From: the human T2T-CHM13v2.0 reference genome, Homo sapiens
Direction: 5' to 3' (one strand)
Length of the DNA stretch: 64,000 nt
Assembly (NCBI RefSeq): GCF_009914755.1
Contig: NC_060938.1
Made by a program: the position numbers and the translations under genes. Shown here one piece after another: positions 13,610-27,239 of the stretch (position 1 is the first letter of the stretch; each line of letters begins with the position of its first letter). Below the pieces are notes generated by a model, which was given only the letters and a program-made list of their open reading frames with translations, was not told the origin of the DNA and made no database searches.

Positions 13610-16600
13610 AAAAACTTTTATTTTTTATATGACCAAACAGGAAAATTGACCTTCTTGGGGTATACACTTCTATGAATATTAATACAGGTATAGATTTGTT
13701 ATTTGTGTAACTTCCACTGTAATCATGATATAGAACAATTCAACACTCCTCCCACTCCTATCCCCCGGCAACCACTGATCTGTTTTCTATCTGTAGTTAT
13801 TTTACAGAATGTTACAGAAACAGAATCGTAAAGTACGTAACTTTTCGAAACTGGCTTCTTTAACCCAGGGTGATGACTTTAGGGTTTATCTATGTTGTTA
13901 ACATGTATCAATAGTTCTTTCCTTTCTCTTGCTGAGTAGCTTTCTGTTGTATGGGACCTAACAGTGTATTTATCCATTCAACCATTGAAAGGCATTTGTT
14001 TTTCATCTTTTGGTGATTGTGAACAGAGATGCTATAAACATTTATATGCAGGTTTTAGTGTGAACATGTTTTTATTTTTCCAGGGTGAATACTGTGAGTG
14101 GACTGCTGAATCATATATAGGTGTATGTTTACCTTTATAAGAAATTACCAAGCTATTTTCTAGAGGGTCTGTACCATTTTGCATTTCCTCAGGCAAACGT
14201 ATAATGGTTCCAATTGCTCTGTATCCTTATCAGCACCTAGTATTCTGTCAGTATTTTTCATTTTGGCCATTTTAATTAGTGTATAGTGATAGCTCATTAT
14301 TGTTTTGTTTTCCCAGAATATCTAGTGATGTTGGACATCTTGTTATGGGCTTATTTGCCTTTTTTGAATAATCTTTGGTAAAGCCTTATGCCTGTTTTTA
14401 AATCAGGTGGTTTATTTTGTTATGGAGAGTTGAGAATTCTTTGCATATTAGGATACAGATCCTTCAAATGTGTGATTTGAAAAATTTCTTCCCAGTTGGT
14501 ATTTTGTCTTTGAAGTCTCTGTCTGTCATTGGCAGAGCAAAATTTTTTTTATTTTGATGGAGTTCAATTAATGAATTTTTTCTTTTCTGGATTTTGCCTT
14601 TGGTGTCACGTCTAAAATCTCTTTTCCTAAGGTCAGATTATAAAGATTTTTTCCCTGGTTTTCTTCTAAAAGTTTTATAACTCTGTTTTATATTTAAATA
14701 TGTAATCCATTCTAAATTTTTGTGTAATTTCATGAATTTTACATAACTTTACATATTTATTTTGTATAATTTTCTGTCCATTTTCCAATCTGTCCTTTCT
14801 TTGCTTTATTGTACGGCTAGGATCTTGGGTATAATGTTAAATAAAAGTTGTGATAGTAGACATTATTCCCTGATCTTAGGTGGAAAGTATTCAGTATTTC
14901 ACCATTAAGGATAATGTTAGGGCTATGGGGTCAAGGTTTATTTTGTGTTTTTGCATGTGGATTATCAATTGTTTTGGAACAATTTTTCGAAAAGATTGTT
15001 ATGTCTACTGAATTCCCTTTGCATCTATTAAAAATCATTTTTTTCTGGCCATATGTCTAGGGTTTTACTTCTAGACCCTATTCCATTGATCCATGTGTTC
15101 ATCTTTTCACCAGTCTCACACTTTGTGATTACTGTAGCTTTATTTTGTAATCTTAAATTGGATAGCATGAGTCTTCCAAGTTTATTCTTTTTTATTCAAA
15201 ATTGTGTTTCCCTTGCCTTTCCATAGATATTTTAGCATCAGCTTGGCTAATTCTATGTCATAAATCTTGCTGGGGATTTTATTGGAATTGCAGGAAATCT
15301 GAGATTGATACAGAAAGAGAGAATCGAGATCTTTACTATGCTGTTTTCTAATCCGCAAACATGGTATGCTTATCAATTTATTTAGGTGTCCTTTGAATTG
15401 TTTCATCAGCATTTTGTTGTTTTTAACATACAGTTTCTGTCCATGTTTTATTAGATTTAAACCAAAATATTACACATTTTCAGAGCTATTGTAAATTGTT
15501 TTAACTTTCTTTTTCCAATTGTTCATTAGTATTATATTAATTTTCTATTGCTATTGTAACAAATTGCCACACACTTAATGGCTTTAAACAACACATATTT
15601 GTTATCTTACTCTTTATTCTGTAGGTCAGAAATCCAACTGGAGTTTCACTGGGCTAAAATTAAAATGGTTAGCAGGGCTGTTTCTTTCAGAAGGCTCTAG
15701 GGGAGAATCCTTGCCTATTTTAGATTCTAGAGGTTAATCACATTCCTTGGCTCACGGCACCCTTCTTCCATCTGCAAAATCAACAATGTCAGGTGAAGTT
15801 CTTTGACTTCCATCCATCCTTGCATCTCTCTCTGATTATAGGTAAGAATATTTTGCAATTTTAAGGAATTATGCAATTTTATTGGGCCCACCTGGATAAT
15901 CCAGGATAATCTCTCTATTTCAAGGCCCATAACCTTAGTAATATCCACAAAGTCATTTTTGCCATGTAAAGTAATATATTAACAGGTTCTGGGAATCTTG
16001 CAGTATTGTCGTGGATATCTTTGGAAGGTCATTATTCTGCCTAGCACAGCTAATATATAGAAATATGGTTGATATCTTAGTGTTGGCCTTGTATCCTGTG
16101 ATCTTGTTAAACACAGTTTTTTAGTTGCACGTTTTTACCCCCTAGATTTATGGGATCGTATACACGATTATGTCTTCAGTGTTTGAAGAATGTTTTATTT
16201 CTTCTTTTCATTTTGTATGACTCTCTTCCCTCTGTCCTTCTGCCCATTATCCCATCTGTCCTTTCCTTCCTTAATTGTACTGGTGAAAATTTTGAGTACA
16301 ATGTTGAATAAAAGTTATGATAGTGGACATTATTGCCTGATCTTAGAAAACATTCAGTATTTCACCATTGAGAATGATGTTAGCTCTAGGTTTTTGCAGA
16401 TGCCTTTTATGCCTTGTTTAAAGGTTCTTAATCATAAATGGATGTTGAATTTTGTCAAATGCTCTTTTTTTCTACACCAGTTGATAGAATCATTCTATGT
16501 TTATTTAGAATTTAATGTAATGGATTATATTAATTGAGTTTGTACATTGAACCAGCCTTGTATTTCTAGAATAAATACCACTTGATCCTGTATATTATTC

Positions 16601-17094
16601 CCTTTATATATTGCTAGAGTAAAATTACTTCTTTTTTTGAGAATTTTTACATGTATGTTTATGAGGGGTCTACTGTTTTCTTTCTGTAACATTGTCTTTG
16701 TCAGTTTCAGTAGCAGGAATAACTTGGCCTCATAATATTCATTGGAAAGTATTACTTTCTTTATATTATTTGGAAGAGTATATGCAGAATTTGTGTTAAT
16801 TCTTTCTTAAATGTTTGGTAAATTCTTAAGTAAAATCATAGGGCATGGAGGGACTGTTTTGGGGAGATTTTAAATTATAGATTCAATTTATTTAATAGTT
16901 GTAGAACTTTTCAGATTATGTTTAGCTTGAATAAGTTTTGGTAGTTTGTGGTTCTTGAGGAATTGTCAATTGCAAATTCTCTTATTGACCTTTTAATATC
17001 TCTGGGCTTTGTAATGATATCTCTTTTATTCCTGATATTGGTTGTGCCTTTTCTCTCACTCTTTAAAATCTGTTAGTCTTGCTAAAGGTTTATT
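13610..17094 (-). mobile_element. Old L1M element (L1MB/MC-class), 3' end plus part of ORF2, interrupted by an MLT1 LTR
   Basis: L1M-type 3'UTR at 13610-14000 and antisense ORF2 homology continuing to ~17094. Confidence 0.85.
15533..16048 (-). mobile_element. MLT1D/E-like solo LTR
   Basis: TATATTAATTTTCTATTGCTATTGTAACAAATTGCCAC...GGGCCCACCTGGATAATCCAGGATAATCTC...ATTATTCTGCCTAGCACA. Confidence 0.85.
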
Positions 17095-20000
17095 AAGAAA
17101 TAAAAGTCATCTGTATAGGAAAGGATGAAGTAAAAGTTTCTCTGCTGATGACATGATCACATATATAGACAACTCTGAAGACTTCACCAAAAATTATTAG
17201 AATGGGTAAACAAATTAAAGTTGCTGGTTACGAAAACATAATAGAAAGATGAGTAACATTTTATGTGCTAATAATGGATGATCCAAAAATTAATAATCCC
17301 ATGGTGTCAAAAAATACTTAGCAGTAAATTTAACCAAGGAGATGAAAGATCTGTACACAGAAAACTATAAAAGCTTGATGAAGGAAATTGAAGAAACAAA
17401 AATAAAAGATATCTCATGATCATGGATTGGAAGATTAATATTTTTAAAATATCTGTACTACGCAAAGGAATCTACAGATTCAGTGTAATTTCTATCAAAA
17501 TTTCATATCGTTTTTCACAGAATAGAAAGAAAAATCTTAAAATATGTGTGAAGCCAGAAAAGACTTCAAATAACCAAAGCAATCTTCAACAACAACAAAA
17601 AAAACAAAACAAAACTTGGAGGCATCACACTCCCTGATTTCAAAATACATATAAAATGACTTATAATCAAAACACCATGGAACTGACATAAAAACAGACA
17701 TATAGACCAATGGAACAGGAAAGAAAGCCCAGAAATAAATCCAAGTATATAAGGGCAATTGGTTTTCAACAAAGATGCCATGATAAAGATGGTACAAATG
17801 TACCAAAGAACACACAATGGGGAAAGGACAATCTCTTCAATGAATGATGTTGGGAAAATTGGATATCCAAATTGATATGGTTTGGCTCTCTGTCCCCACC
17901 CAAATCTCATCTTGTAGCTCCCATGTTTCCCATGTGTTGTGGGAGGGACCTCGTGGGAGATGATTGAATCATGGGGGCAAGTCTTTCCTGTGCTGTTCTC
18001 ATGATAGTGAATGGTTCTCATGAGATTTGATGGTTTTAAAAGGGGAGTTTCTCTGTGCAAGCTCTCTTTGCCTGTTGCCATCCATGTAAGATGTGACTTG
18101 CTCCTCCTTGTCTTCCACCATTATTGTGAGGCTTCCCCAGCCATGTGGAATTGTAAGTCATTAAACCTCTTCTTTTGTAAATTGCCCAGTCTTGGATATG
18201 TCTTTATTAGCAGTGTGAGAACAGACCAATACAGTAAATTGGTACTAGGAGAGTGGGGTGTTGCTGAAAAGACACCTGAAAATGTGGAAGTGACTTTGGA
18301 TCTGGGTAACAGGCAGAGGTTGGAACAGTTTGGTGGGCTCAGAAGATGATAGGAAAATGTGGGAAAGTTTGGAACTTCCTAGAGACTTGTTGAGTGGCTT
18401 TGACAAAACTACTGACAGTGATATGAACCATAAGGTGTCAGGTAGAGATGAGGAACTTATTAGGAACTGGAGCAAAGGTGACTCTTGTTATGTTTTAGCA
18501 AGTAGACTGGTGGCATTTTGTCCCTGCCATAGAGATTTGTGGAATTTTGAACTTGAAAGAGATGATTTAGGGTATCTAATGGAAGAAATTTCTAAGCAGC
18601 AAAGCATTCAAGAGGTGGCTTGGGTGCTGTTAAAGGTATTTAGTTTCAAAAGGGAAACAGAGCATAAAAGTTTGGAAAATTTGCAGCCTGACAATGCAAT
18701 AGAAAAGAAAATCTCATCTTCTGAGGAAAAATTCAAGCTGGCTGCAGAAATTTGCATAAGTAATGAGGAGCTGATTGTTAATCCCCAAGACAATGGGGAA
18801 AACGTCTCCAGAGCATGTCAGAGACCTTTGTGGCAGCTCCTCACATCACAGGCTTGAAGGCCTAGGAGGAAAAAATGGTTTCAGGGGCTGGGCCCAGGGT
18901 CTCCGTGCTGTGTGCAGCCCAGGGACTTGGTGACCTGCATCCCAGCTGCTCCAGCTGTGGCTGAAAGGGGCTAACATAGAGCTCTAGCCATGCTTCAGAG
19001 GAGGCAAGCCTCAAGGCTTGTCAGCTTCCATGTGGTATTGAGCCTGTGAGTGCACAGAAGTCAAGAATTGAGGTTTGGGAGCCTCTGCCTACATTTCAGA
19101 AGATGTATGGAAATTCCTGGATGCCCAGGCAGAAGTTTGCTGTAGGGGCAGGGTCCTCATGGAGAACCTCTGCTAGGGCGGTGTGGAAGGGAAATGTGGG
19201 TTGGAAGTTCCCACACAGAGTCCCTACTGTGGCACTGCCTAGTGGAGCTGTGAGAAGGGGGCCACCATCCTCCAGACACCAGAATGGTAGATACACTGAC
19301 AGCTTGCACTGTGCACCTGAAAAGTTGTAGACACTCAATGCCAGCTCATGAAGGCAGCCGGGAGGGAGGCTGTACCCTAAAAGCCGCAGGGACAGAGCTG
19401 CCCAAGACCATGGAAACCCTCCTCTTGCATCAGTGTGACCTGGATGTGAGACATGGAATCAAAGGAGATCATTTTGGAGCTTTAAGATTTGACTGCCCCA
19501 CTGGATTTTGGACTTGCTTGGGGCCTATAGCCCCTTTGTTTTGGCCAATTTCTCCCATTTGGAATGGCTGTATTTACTCAATGCCTGTAGCCCTATTGTA
19601 TCTAGGAAGTAACTAACTTGGTTTGATTTTACGGGCTCATAGGTGGAAGGGACTTGACTTGTCTTGGATGAAACTTTGGACTGTGGACTTTTGAGTTAGT
19701 GCTGAAATAAGTTGAGACTTTGGGGGACTGATGGGGAGGCATGATTCATTTTGAAATATGAAGATATGAGATTTGGGAGGGACCAGGGGCAGAAAGATAT
19801 GGTTTGGTTCTGTGTCCCCACCCAAATCTCATTTATAGCTCCCATAATTCCTACGTGTTGTGGGAGAGACCTGGTGGGAGATGATCGAATCATGAGGGCA
19901 AGTCTTTCCTGTGCTTTTCTCGTGTTAGTGAATGGGTCTCATGAGATCTGATGGTTTTAAAAATGAGAGTTTCTCTGCACAAGCTCTCTCTTTACCTGCT

Positions 20001-20280
20001 GCCAGCCATGTAAGATGTGACTTGCTCCTCCTTGCCTTCTGTCATGATTGTGAGGCTTCCCTAGCCCTGTGGAATTGTAAGTCCATTAAGCCTCTTTCTT
20101 TTGTAAATTGCCCAGTCTCAGGTATGTCTTTATCAGCAGTGTGAGAATGAAATAATACACATATGAAGAAGAATAAACTTGGATGCTTATTCCACATGCT
20201 ACATACAAATCAACTCAAAATAGATAAGACTTAAATGTCAGAGCTGAAACTCTAAAGCTACTCAGGAAAACATACAGGAA
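17095..20280 (+). mobile_element. L1 ORF2 fragment (plus strand), split by THE1
   Basis: RT-region sequence (CTGCTGATGACATGATC, i.e. ADDMI) through ...GGATATCCAAAT, resuming after THE1 with CATATGAAGAAGAATAAACTTGG; no 3'UTR or poly-A. Confidence 0.85.
17873..20159 (+). mobile_element. Complete THE1 (THE1A-like) MaLR provirus: LTR 17873-18233, internal region, LTR 19795-20159
   Basis: TGATATGGTTTGG...AATACA LTRs; THE1-int ORF remnant 18330-18857; 5-bp TSD CAAAT (17868-17872) / CATAT (20160-20164). Confidence 0.96.
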
Positions 20281-21023
20281 TTACTCTATGTTTAATGGTT
20301 TAGGGAAATGCCAGACTATTCCCCAAAGCAGTTGTACCATTTTACTTTCCCTCCAGCAGTGAGATTCTGATGTTGATATACCCTCATCAACATTTGTTAT
20401 TATCTGACTTTTTAATTCTAGCCATTCTAGTGGTATCTCATTGTGGTTTTAATTTGTATTTTCCTGATAATTAATGATTTCAAGCATCTTTTCATGTGCT
20501 TATTGGCCACTTGTATATATTCCATAGAGAAATGTCTATTCAGATCCTTTACTCAGTTTTCATTGGTTTGTCTTATTATTTAGTTGTGATATTGCTTTAT
20601 ATACTTTAGACATAAGTTCCTTATCAGATATATAATATGAAAATATCTTCTCCCATTCTATGAGTTATCTTTTCACTTTCTTGATGCTGTCCTTCAAAGC
20701 ACAAAATTTTTTAATTTTGATGAAGTTGTATTTGTTTTTCCTTTTGTTGCTCATGCTTTTGGTGTCATTATCTAAGAACCTTTTACTAAATTCAAGGTCT
20801 TATGGATTTATCCCTATGTCTTTTTTCTCAGAGTTTTATAGTTTTAGCTATTACATTTAGTTCTTTGGTTAATTTTCAGTTAATTTTTCTATATAGGGTT
20901 TGAGAAAAAGTTTCAACTTCATTATTTTGCACACATGCAAATACAAATGTCACAGAACCTTCATTTAGGAGTCTATTTTTTCCCCATTGGATGGTCTTGG
21001 CAACCCTATAAAAATCATTTGAC

Positions 21024-21090
<67 letters not shown>

Positions 21091-21140
21091 GTGGTTTATT
21101 TCTGGACTCTCAATTCTGTTTCATTGGTCTATATGCCTCT
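20281..21140 (-). mobile_element. Old L1M ORF2 C-terminal fragment
   Basis: Antisense L1 sequence (GGTATCTCATTGTGGTTTTAATTTGTATT; TTTATTTCTGGACTCTCAATTCTGTTTCATTGGTCTATATGCC); lacks a 3'UTR. Confidence 0.85.
21024..21090. repeat. Compound microsatellite (TA)n(CA)n(TA)n
   Basis: Read directly from the sequence. Confidence 0.97.
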
Positions 21141-23283
21141 GTTATTTCTGAGAATTTACTTGAGTACTTTTTCACACAGGCTATGGAAACATGCTCCTTT
21201 GGGTAAGCTTCTCTGGCCTCTCTGTTTTGCTGCCTTACTGCATACTAGGTCAGCATGCTCCACTGAGACAGAAGCTCTTTTGGGTGTAGCTTTCACAATG
21301 ACTCCCTCTCTTATACTGTGGCTTTCCAAATTATAATTACTACCCTATTCAAACCCAATCTCAGGTCTCTTGCTTAACTGGTTTCAAGATAATTTCCTAA
21401 GTGAACATGCATTTTTACTTCATGGGGAATACCTTACCTCCAAATACAGGGTATGGTTTGCTCTTGTAGCCCTGTTAAATCAGTCACAAAACAGTCTGAC
21501 ATTGTTTCATTCTTTTATCATACAACTTGGTAAGAAACATCTTTTTTTGTCATCTGTAAATATTTGTATTTTAGTAAAACCATCCTTTTATAAAGGACAT
21601 CCAGGAATAATGACTTAGATGGCTCTGGAGTGGTAATCTTCAAGTCCAAGATGGCACCTGTCAGTGGGGCTCAAGGTGAAGAGTCAGCTAACCCCACTAG
21701 TTCTCCTATTATTGAGAGAATATTTATATGGGTCATCTTGATTTGTCCTTCCCCATGTCAGTCTGCACTTTATACATGAGCATTATTGGCAGTCATTCCA
21801 TGACTAGAAGTCAGCATTCTAGCAAGTTTGGGGCTGTTTGATGCTTAGCTAGCAGAAACAAAATTGCCCATAGTGGTCAGCTTACTTCAGCTCCTACCAT
21901 TGCTTTCAGGCATTATATTGCAGCTTGCACTTTTTGTCATTTCAGTATGCTAAGCTAATTGATCAGCTTTCTCCCTCACATCTCTTAGTTTGGCTGCACA
22001 CTGAGCAAGATTCCTTACATTTTCACTCTCTTCAATTTGCTGATGCAGAACTAATAGGTAGTCAATATTCCTGCCCAAATACTTAAAGAAACATGGTGTT
22101 AATAATAGGTTGTACATAATAGTTTCATCCTTAGTTGCAGTTTAGAAGTGAGGTGAAAATGTAACATACTATTACTAACCTTGTTCACAGCACCTTCTGC
22201 ATCACTTTTAACGTTTGGTTGACTCAGCTTTGGAGCTCACTGGAAGTAAGCTTAGACATTGGGTCCCAGCCAATCAGTTACCGCAAGAAGCAACTGTCAC
22301 TCAAAGCCTCTTTCTTTCTCTGGGAGTATTTTAGCATGAAATCTATTTATTGAGGAGCACGTCTCCCATAATATCTGGGTTATTTTTAGTGATTGTGATT
22401 CCTGATGGGAAAAGTTTGTGCACAAAGGATGAAGCAATCACATGCTTCCCTGTTGCCAGTCCCAGGGACCAGAAATTTATAAACACTAATTCTAGGGACT
22501 TGCCAGCTTAGCTTGCAGTTAAGTTGCCGGATTGACAATGTTTTCCTGTGAAAAACATGCCGTTAAGTATTTTAGCATCCCCCTCCTTATCCTCCCCCCA
22601 CCCCGCCCCACCGGAAGATGTTGAATAGACCTTCAGGAGCAAACCCAGGGTTTATAATGGGCTTTGCAGACCTGGCATGATCTGCCATTCATAGTTTTTA
22701 TTTCTATCAGTCTCCATCCTTGGAGGTCTCATCTCCTCTGGAAGCTAGGGCTTGCTGATGTTACCTCTCGCCCTACTCAACTCCCACATTCAAGGGCCCA
22801 GCATTGACAAATGACTGTTTTTTTTTTTCTTCTTCTCACTTCCTTACATGTCTAAGTCCTGGATATCCTCCAATGCCCAGCTCAAATCCCTCAAATCTCA
22901 GTTCTTCCATGAATCATGCCATGCTCTGCGCCATGGCACTGTGTGAATCTGAGAAAGGAGAAGTCCCACTATTGGAACTATTTTCAGTCCTCTACTTTCT
23001 TTTATCTTTACTTCAAACCAGTTGATATTATTTTCCTTAACCACATATAAGAAACTTGAAGCAGTCCGAACGATACTATAGTACTTCATCTATATTCCTA
23101 CTATGATTTTCTTTTCTTCACAAAATAACTCCTTGAGAATGCTCATCTTTCAGTTCCTTGAAACAACTTGCTCCAGCAGCATTACTGCCTAACTAGTTAA
23201 TATTCATTGTCTTATATGAATATTAGAAATGAAGACAGGGATTAGGCAAAATATCCCAAATTGGCTTAGAAATCATAATTCTT

Positions 23284-23604
<321 letters not shown>

Positions 23605-24387
23605 ACTACTCAGTATTTTTCGAAGAACTAGATATACTTAGTAAAGTAAGTGTATGCTCAGCAAATATTTGGTTGAATGTGCCAACAAGCAGAAATTATT
23701 TCATATGGCATGGGTATTTACAGAACAAGTAACATTTTTACATTTAAGTCTCATAGCTGTGTTTTGTGGTCTTTCATCCCACGACCTGTCCTCAGACTAT
23801 AGGATTGACTTTTTGACCACTTTAGAGCTGAATAAATTAGAAAATGGTATTCTGCAATTTTGGGGTTTTATTAGAAAGTTGTGCTTTTGTTAAATATTCG
23901 AAGCTTTCTGGAGGCAAAAGTCAGTTTCTAAGTAAATGAAATATTTTGTAATTCTTGGGGCATTTTTGGTAGTACATTTTCACTGAACAATTTGTAGTAA
24001 TTAATATCAATAAACTAGGTAAGTAAAAATATTTACTAATCTTTGTGCTGTGTTTACATAAGAAACTGGTGAAATGTATAGGAGAGAAGAGCATCATTTA
24101 TTTCTGTATAACTAGGTGTTAGACTCTTTAGCAGATTACTCCATTCTTCCATTTGGCATGTTGATGGATGGGATGTTGGTAGTTCTTTAAATTGGACTAT
24201 CAAATATTTATGTTAAATGCTAAAGATTCCTGATACTGGTACTTTTCCTATTTAATGGAAAAGATTACAAGATTGACGTAGTGACTTCAAAATATTCTTA
24301 AAAACTTTTGGGTAGTAACATTATGAAGTTCCGTATTGTTCTTTCAGACACCAGGAAATACTTTCCTTTAATTTTAATAATGTTTAA

Positions 24388-24502
24388 TTAACCCAAATAG
24401 ATGTTGGCTGAATAGGACAAATTTTATAATTTTAACCCAAATAGATTTTGGCTGACTTAACCCAAATAGATTTTGGTTGAATGACACAAATTTTATAATT
24501 TT
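24388..24502. repeat. Local micro-duplication (A-B-A-A-B)
   Basis: TTAACCCAAATAGATNTTGGYTGA three times and ACAAATTTTATAATTTT twice. Confidence 0.9.
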
Positions 24503-25159
24503 GAATAGTTTTTTCAGCTTATATTTATACTTGAAATTCAGTATAAAAAACTTGGAGTAGTTCAAAGTCTGTGGCTTACCATCAGTCAGTAAAGCATAAA
24601 GGGTTGTAACAATTTTTCTAAAACAAAAAAGGGATACCTCTTCTTTCATTTGGTAATTCCAACCTTATGGAAAGTTGATGACTTAAAACCTAAATTGTCT
24701 TTCACTCAATAGCTAAGATTAATGAGCGAGTTCTACTGTCAGCAAAGTGTGTTTTGCCTCTTGCTGACTCTACAAACTGCATCTACTTTTGGATACCATG
24801 ACAGCAACAACAGAAAAACAATTTCATCAGGCCTCTAAAACTGGGCAATATAGACATGCAAATATGTAGTTTGCAGATAATGATAATTTTGCTGAGCTGC
24901 GTGAGGGTCGTCAAATGCCTTTCCTTTTCAGGGCTTATTGTTCTGTAGGGAATCTAATAGAAAAAATAGGACCAAAGGGGTGAGGAGTGGTGGAGAGGAG
25001 AAAAATAGCTTTAGATTTGGTACCTTTTCTGGTGAGCACAGGGACAAAAAATAAGCTAGCTTTGCTTTTAGTAAATATCTCTTACTGTCTCCAATGAAAT
25101 CAAACTGCTATCAGTGAGTTTTCCTAGAAGGAGACTAACAAAGTAGGTTAGATAAATAA

Positions 25160-25290
25160 AAGAGCCTAAATTTAGAGGTAGCCAAAATATATTTGAATTC
25201 CAGTTTGGCCATTAACCACTAGTGTGACCTTGGGTTGGATCTTTGCACATTTTGAGCTTTAGTTTCCTTATATATATGAAATGAGGATGA
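25160..25290 (+). mobile_element. MIR fragment
   Basis: TTTGAATTCCAG...TGTGACCTTGGG...AGTTTCCTTATATATATGAAATGAGGATGA. Confidence 0.7.
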
Positions 25291-25659
25291 ACTCCTCATC
25301 TTTCACCCCAAATTCGCTTGGAGCAAATTTGGATGCTGGCACTGCCATTCACCTCCTAGGCTAAGAGTCCTTTACCCTTTTTATTCCATAAATCCGATGT
25401 GTTCATCATGAATTCTTGGTTCACATTGCCGATGTCTTTGTTCCTTTGCAGTCATTGAGCGCTTAGACTTCTGCAATTGGCTTCTAGTCACTCTGCCTCT
25501 AGCAGCTCAGATGCTGCCTCCTCAAGGAAGACCCCTGTGACCTCCCCGTATTCTTTATCCTGTCTCCTCTGGCTTTGTCTGAAACTTGCAGGGGCATCTC
25601 TTGTAGCACACTCCATTCTCTTCATCAAGGTCTACGTTATAGTCACCTTTCAGCCTGGG

Positions 25660-25725
25660 TCTTAGGTGTCTGAGACATGCTGGGAGTCCAGTTAATATTT
25701 GTTGAATAAGTGAATGAATGAATGA
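25660..25725 (+). mobile_element. L2 3' end
   Basis: AATATTTGTTGAATAAGTGAATGAATGAATGA terminal repeat. Confidence 0.65.
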
Positions 25726-27239
25726 CATCAATTTGCTGGGTGATTGTAATCTATGGCAAAAAACCAGGAATTTAATAAATGGCATGTATTATCAATATGA
25801 TTACTACTATTTTTATTCTCTGAAAAAGTTTTTAAATGCTTAGCATGCTTTCATAGGGCTTGACACTAATTATTATAGGTGATATATTAACCCAGATATC
25901 AGTGCCACCAATTAGTAAGTCAACCTCTAAATTGGGATCATCAAATTCGTTGTTTCCTGATTTAAGCAACAGTCCTTTTCAACTCAGATCATAATGGGGA
26001 AGCGGGGACCCAGAAGACACAAGTACAACCAGGGTGAGGAAAAAACATTCAGTTGGGGGTCTGGGTTCAGATAATTCTGAGACATAGCAGGTGAAAGATT
26101 TCACCAGCTCTCTGGTAAGCAAGGGCCCAGGCTAATTTCACAACCAGCCTTATATTGTACGGGTGAATTAATAACTTCATGGTTTAGAAAAATGTGTATG
26201 GTATATTCTGCAGGGTAAAATGAGTCATTTGCAATAAATTCTTCTGCTAATAAAAAGCCTAGCAAATGGGTACCCATGCCAGGATCATTAACTTTAATTT
26301 AAGGGATCAACTGACATGTGCAGCCAATATTCTGATGCTCAGAGAGGAAGAACTAACAGAGCATCATCCCTTACAATCTGCTGCCCAGACAGGATATAAT
26401 CTTCCTTGAAGTGCTAATCATGTGACAGCCTGAGGATTGGACCCTCCTATGTCTTTGATAGATTCTATGTATAAACTGACAGAAAGGGTATGATGGTGAT
26501 GTGAATTTGGAGATTTAAATGATCTAAAATGTGTACTTCCAATCTTTGTTGTTTCTTTTGAATAGTGTCAAGCATTTAACATTACTGTGCATAAATCCCC
26601 TCATCCAAGTTAGAAGAAATTTGAACAGCTCAGGAAAAATGGTTCTGGTATTCTGAGTTTACCAGAAACATCCTTTTAAGAGTTGCTAATTGGTACTGAA
26701 AATCTCTGTAAAACTGACTTGACTGCTTTCCTCCCTCGGATTGGCTGTTGTGCAGAGTGTCACCCTCCACTGATAAGGGCAGATTTTACACACTTGTCCT
26801 CTGCCATCATTCTGACCACAGAAGCTCTGGTACCAAAGTTGAAGGCAGAGTGGAAGAATGAGATAAAATTCATGATTCCAGAATGTTCTGTGGAAGAGGT
26901 TCCTTTGAAAACAAATTTCCTCACTTGATCTTGTTTTCCTATAATTCGTGTAATTTGTCTCTTTATTCTGAAAAACGAAAACAACAATTTCTTCAACTCA
27001 AAGTCCTGGCTGCCAGTTAATTAGTATCTGACTGAAATGGGCCTTCAGGGACATCGAGAAGGTCAAGGAATGATTTGAAGCTTTTGGGTCAATTTTTAAA
27101 GTGTTATCTGAACCCCAGCGCTCTTCAATGAATGTACAAATAATTATTTCTTTGAACATGAGAATGTTTAATACTGGAGAAAAAAATATAGTAAAATGTG
27201 CAACTTCATCCACTGATGGTCCAAGTGCTAATAGAATAG

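Noticed and set aside
18330-19616. THE1 internal ORFs (also 32242-33374) as host genes
   Set aside because: They are fragments of the MaLR internal ORF, broken by stops and frameshifts in both copies.
26683-26928. Possible exon after a pyrimidine-rich ...CTGACCACAG acceptor
   Set aside because: The peptide matches nothing I recognise and no clear donor follows.
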